Source: the human T2T-CHM13v2.0 reference genome, Homo sapiens. Taken from it: a DNA stretch of 64,000 nucleotides. Positions 55,481 through 64,000 of this stretch are shown here, piece after piece (within the stretch, counting starts at the first letter, position 1; each line of letters starts with the position of its first letter). Made by a program: the position numbers and the translations under genes. The DNA lies in NCBI RefSeq assembly GCF_009914755.1, contig NC_060926.1. One strand, given 5' to 3'. A model generated the notes under the pieces. The model was not told the DNA's origin. It saw only the letters and a program-made list of their open reading frames with translations, and did not search any database.

Positions 55481-56169
55481 CGTCCGCCAAAGGCCGGACA
55501 GCGGCCGGGAGCGCTGGCCGGTCCCGATTTTGCCTGCCAGGCAGAGCCAGCCTGCCTGCCCCCTGGGAGGTTGTCCCGCAGCGGCCCAGCCCTTTCCCGC
55601 ACACAACTCGGAGCCAGTGCGTGGCTCGCCGCGTCTATACCCGCGCTCAGTGGGTGGCCCTTGGGCGCGCACCCCGCCCGGCAAGAGACGCGTCCGCTTC
55701 TAACCGCTGAGGGCCAGCGCGTCTGAGGTTTAAGGTCTTGCGAACCGGTCTCCTAGAACTTGGGCTGCGCACGCAGTGTGAAGCGACCGTAGTCCCGGGC
55801 GGTGGTTAAGTGCATTTAAAGGGCTTGGTGGGTCAAAGCGTTCGCCGACCATTTGCTCGTTTCCTACTTCCTCCACCCCAACCCCCAACCCCCCACCCCC
55901 CACCCCCCAGCCTTACTCTTAGCTGCAGGACGTTGCTCTGAGTGGAACGTTACTTTTTGCTCTAACGGAAGCCAGAACGTAGGGTCGGGCTCCTGGAGAG
56001 GGTAGAAGAGTGGGGGTTGGGTGAAACGGAAGACAATGACATGTTTAAAATAAATATCAGGGGTTAGGGACCCTCGCGGGGGTGGGTGCGATGGGGCGTG
56101 GTTTCAGAGCTGAGTCGCCGCCCCGGTGGAGCTGGGCATTGGCTTTCCGGATGAAGAAAACCATGTGTA

Positions 56170-56380
56170 GCTGGTCTTGGAACCTGACATGCCTGAGTTC
56201 AAATCTGAGCCACCATGGGACTTGAGTAATCCATTTCGCTTTCCTGAGCCTCAGTTTCCTCATTGGCTAAGTGAGAATAACGATAGCACCTTTGTTGCAA
56301 AGAATTAAACCTGACGTGAAAGTGTACTTAACATAGTGCCTGGCACGAAAAACGCCTACTATAAATGGTATTAGTTATTA
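56170..56380 (+). mobile_element. MIR
   Basis: ctgagcctcagtttcctcat core; acatagtgcctggcac. Confidence 0.75.
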
Positions 56381-56738
56381 CTTACCTGCCAAAGAAGTTC
56401 ATCTCCGTCTTGACTATTTGCCTTGCTGCTTTTTTGTGGCTTTTCCTCCAAAGATACGTTTGCCTGGTAAATAACTCTTGGCTTGTGCTGACTTGTTAAA
56501 GCTCAGCATGTATTTCTCGGACAGCTTCCAATAGAATGCCGCCTTTGAGGCTGTCTGGGGCCTCTGACTGCTTGCAGGTAGATTGATGAGTAAAGGGTGG
56601 TAATTCCTGCAGTAATGCGATGAACACTGCTGCTTAAGAAGATGGCAGACTTGAGTTCTCCTTCCTGCCCCTGTGATCTTGCAGTCTATTACACCTTCCT
56701 GGGGCCTTGAATATCCTCATCTGGAAAATGGGATCTGA

Positions 56739-57013
<275 letters not shown>

Positions 57014-58137
57014 CCCCTACACATACACCTAACCTTTATATTTAGTAGCTCTACCTTTTACACGTTGTCCTGCCTTGTTAAGAGGGCAAAAGACAAAAAC
57101 TTCCTAAGATGATTGAACGGAGTTTACTTAGGGGTATAGGGATGTTGGGAGTGCCATCATCATGAAAATAACTTTATCTGCAAGAGACTGAAATGCGTAA
57201 TGTTAGGCCAAGAAGGAGGGCAAGAATGTTCTGGTCACCTGACATCTTACATCTTAGCATATTTTGTAGAATCTATACCAGAGCTTGCCCTTTCAAAGTT
57301 TTCAGTGTAAGGAATCACTTCTGCTATTCCATGGCCCCATTTAAGGAATAAAAACACAGGACCTAATGCAACACTTAAGAAATCTCGTTAAATATTAAGA
57401 AATGACAAACCACTATCCTTTTTTTATACAAGATAGATGCCAATTACATTTTCTGAGAGCAGTGCCAGGCTGTTCAGTATTTATGAATGAATGAAGCATT
57501 TCTATGTAAGTAATTTGCACTTTATAAAAGGACTTTTAAAAACTTAAGTCTTGTATAGCAAAGGGACAGCAACAAGAACTGAATGACAGCCTCAAGTAAT
57601 AGAGTGCTAAAATGGAATCCGGTATCCCACCTGCATTTGGAGTGCTATTTGATCTTTAACTTGGCTCCTTGTACCATTTGTTGAAGCGTTTGATGTATTT
57701 GCTTTGTAAGGACTTCTGTGGAAATCACGATAGCCCTCTTGATTGGAAAGGGGCCTGCTTGGAAGCCTGCCATCTTGAAGTAGAGGTCCTGCCCAGTTTT
57801 TGTAGTTTGTGAAATTAGCATCACAGTACATAGCCCAAAGCTTACATAAAAATACCTCATTAGCTTGATTTTGGCTGAGGGAGAAAAATCTTTCTCCCCT
57901 TTTGTACTTTTGAAATTTCCTTTTAGAAGTACAGTTTAATTTTTTTAAAAAAACAGGTTGGATTTTAGGAGTTTAGCATTAAAATCTCCTGTGGGGCTCA
58001 GTATAATGCTAAGAGCTAAAGATTAGGGGCTCATAAAGGTGGGTTGAGAGGTAGCTCTACAGATGTTTGAATAAATTGATAAATGTCTTTACAATTTTCC
58101 TGCAAAGGGATCCCTTCTTAGAATTTGACCTGGTTTT

Positions 58138-58770
<633 letters not shown>

Positions 58771-58910
58771 AATTTTTTGTAGCAGTTAACAAACTTCCTT
58801 TTCTATGTAGGGTATGATAAATGGACATATCTACTCTGTGCTGTTTGAACCTACTAAACTAAAAAAAAATGATGTCTTTAGTTAAATAAAGTAAGCATCA
58901 CGCTTAATAG

Positions 58911-59069
<159 letters not shown>

Positions 59070-59429
59070 TGAGAATAAACAGAATTGAGTCTGCAGTGCT
59101 CAAAATGCCCCAGATGCTTTGTGCGTGATTAAAACTGCTTGCTTTTTGCCTACATTTCTATACAGCTGTTATGAAAATACAGTATGCACTATAATTTCAT
59201 TTCACTTTTTGCTGTGGTTCTAGGTAGTAATTGTTGGAGGTAGATTAGCTACTTATTCTATCCTTTTGAAATGTCGCCTAACCTAACATGCATGATGATT
59301 TGCCATAACAACTCAGAAATCATTTGTAAACCTCTGAACCATTTTTCTTTGTAACAAAAGCTGTTCTCTTGTAGTGCACTTGTAAATGTGATTTGCTCTC
59401 TGCACGGTTTATGGAAAATTGGTTCTTGA

Positions 59430-59762
<333 letters not shown>

Positions 59763-60626
59763 TGACATATTTTTAGAAATTTTTTTCTTGTGATTTTGAT
59801 TTTAGTCATGCCAGCAGACTTTGTTGACCTTTTAAAAATTTTTAGTATTTTCTTCATGTCTTAAAGCAGTGTTTACTAATGTAGTCGGACTTACAAATCA
59901 TGAACATTTTGTAGGCTCTGAAAATTTGGAAACTGGTAAGATAAAATTGGCCAATCTCCAGATTTTCGTTTCCACAAAAATCCAGCCTAATCAGGAAGCA
60001 CACTAGTTCTAAATATTATCTACATTTGCATTTAAGTTCAAGTGCCCAGCCTAGTGCCTGTCATAGAGCAGACCTTTGATAAATGTTGGTCTCATAGTAG
60101 ATCTGTGGCTGCATCTTGAAAACCTGTGATAACTTACGTGCAGGAGCTCCATTGCAGATAATGACATTGAGGGCCCTTCCTGCTGCTACTTTTGCTCCTT
60201 GGTTGGCTTTTCCTATGCACGCTACCTTCCTTTAACTGCCGCTGCCACTGTTGTGCTGTGCCTCGGTCCCACTCTTCTGAGCATACTGCTTAATTCTGCA
60301 CACATTTTCCTGTTCCAAAGACTTTCTTGACAAAGGAAGCAGTGCATTCACTGATAATCAAGTGCATGCTCTTCAACTCACTGGTCTGACATGGATCCAC
60401 TGCCTGAGGTTCATGGTTTGAGTAACATTGATAGAAGTGGCAGTGCCTGGCCAAGGAGTGTTTTGGTCCAAATCAGTGCATACTGGAGTTTGTTGCAGGG
60501 GGTCCAGTCTGCAGATCTGGATGCGACACAAACATTGTCAATAGCCTGAATAATTTCTGGGCAGTGTTTCAGTTCTTTGAAGATACTGTCATGATTAATA
60601 AAATGCCAATTCATTATAATTGTTAG

Positions 60627-60995
<369 letters not shown>

Positions 60996-61089
60996 TTGAT
61001 AAATATTTTAATGTTAAAACTGAGTCTTTATGGGTGAAATTCTGGGATTTATGGGTGATTTTTTTCTTCTCTCTCTCTTTTTTTTTAAC

Positions 61090-62370
<1,281 letters not shown>

Positions 62371-62763
62371 AATTTGGATAAATTTTTAATGATGAAAACC
62401 TATATTACTTTTGGAATCTGGAAATATTTTCATTTTGAACTTCTAAAAGTAGATTAGAGAAGTACCTAGAGAAGTCAAATGTATAGACAGAAAATAGGAT
62501 GATGGTTGCCAGGGGCGGAGGGAAAGAGGGAATGAGGAATTACTGTTTAATGGGTATGGATGGAGTTTTAGTTGGAGAAGATGAAAACATTCTGGAGATG
62601 GATGGTGGTGATGGCTGCACAACAATGTGCATGTATTTAATGCCATTGACTTGTATACTTAGAAATGGTTAAAATGATAAATCTTATGTATATTATATTA
62701 TATATTTTTTAAAGTAGAGAATTGAGATCTGTTAATATAATTTAATATTGCCATAAACATTGA

Positions 62764-63098
<335 letters not shown>

Positions 63099-63445
63099 GG
63101 AGAACACATTTGTTCTTGTCAGAATTCTTTTAAAATACATAAAGATCTGTTTCTAAAGAAATGAAAAGCAGGTGGTAGGAATTTTAACATTTTAAAAAAA
63201 GGCTCAGAACCACAGGCCTAGGGACTATGAAAATAGCTTATAACAGTGTGGTCCAGATGGGCTACATGGAATTAAACTGCACTCTGTTGATGTACTCTTT
63301 GTGGTTCCTGATTTTGTTACCCAGAGGTATCAATGTTCAGTTAAAATTCATTTCATACAAGTGTCTCATTGAAAAGGGACTTTGTAGTTATACTGATGCA
63401 GCTTGTCTGCTGATCAAGTCCTAATGACTCAATTGTTGTGATTAG

Positions 63446-63691
<246 letters not shown>

Positions 63692-64000
63692 TGACTTTGT
63701 GTTAGAATTAATTTTTCCTCTCTAAGCGACTCATTACTTAAATCTGTTCCATCACGCAAAAGTTATTTTTTTCTGTTACATGAATAAAAAGTTATTTTTG
63801 TTTACCTGTGAAGTCTTCAATGTGTGCCTCAAAATGTGTTTCTTTCCCTGAACTACTTTTTTTAAATCTGTTAAAGGCCTGGTTAAGTGTATAGGGGAAA
63901 TCAGAAACTTTGAATGTGTCAGCTTACTATCAAATATAAAACCATGAGATGTACTTGAGTATTTTCCAGAAGTTAGTTGCTCATTTTCGACAGTTATTCT

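Larger units (their letters stand above)
54660..56150. promoter_or_regulatory. CDCA7: CpG island / CDCA7 promoter, exon 1 and 5' intron 1
   Basis: abrupt rise in GC and CpG density against CpG-depleted flanks; GC boxes; edges approximate. Confidence 0.92.

Noticed and set aside
54901-55726. Overlapping long GC-rich ORFs on both strands
   Set aside because: Expected stop-codon scarcity in a CpG island
59292-59337. Box C (ATGATGA) and box D (CTGA) in intron 2 as a snoRNA
   Set aside because: Only ~45 nt apart, with no terminal stem or recognisable guide

Overview
Human genomic DNA, identified by a human-specific AluYb8 and by exons matching my recollection of human CDCA7 (chr2q31). The first ~54 kb is gene-free and built almost entirely from transposable elements: about 20 ERV1/MaLR LTRs including a four-level nest, about 55 Alus, old L1M, Tigger1 and MER44. 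It also holds three small retrocopies: two orphan polyadenylated inserts and a tailless U2 fragment. The last ~10 kb contains the CpG-island promoter and coding exons 1-4 of CDCA7 (JPO1) on the + strand; the gene runs off the right edge. Nearly all ORF-track entries are Alu/L1/LTR translation artefacts. I find no new multi-gene system. The most notable signals are (i) CDCA7 exon 3, a tandem duplication of an acidic FxGF motif that kept a second in-frame splice acceptor, so splicing could give 0, 1 or 2 motifs, and (ii) three short locally templated insertions plus a template-switch hairpin. Repeat family names come from recalled consensus sequences, not a database search.
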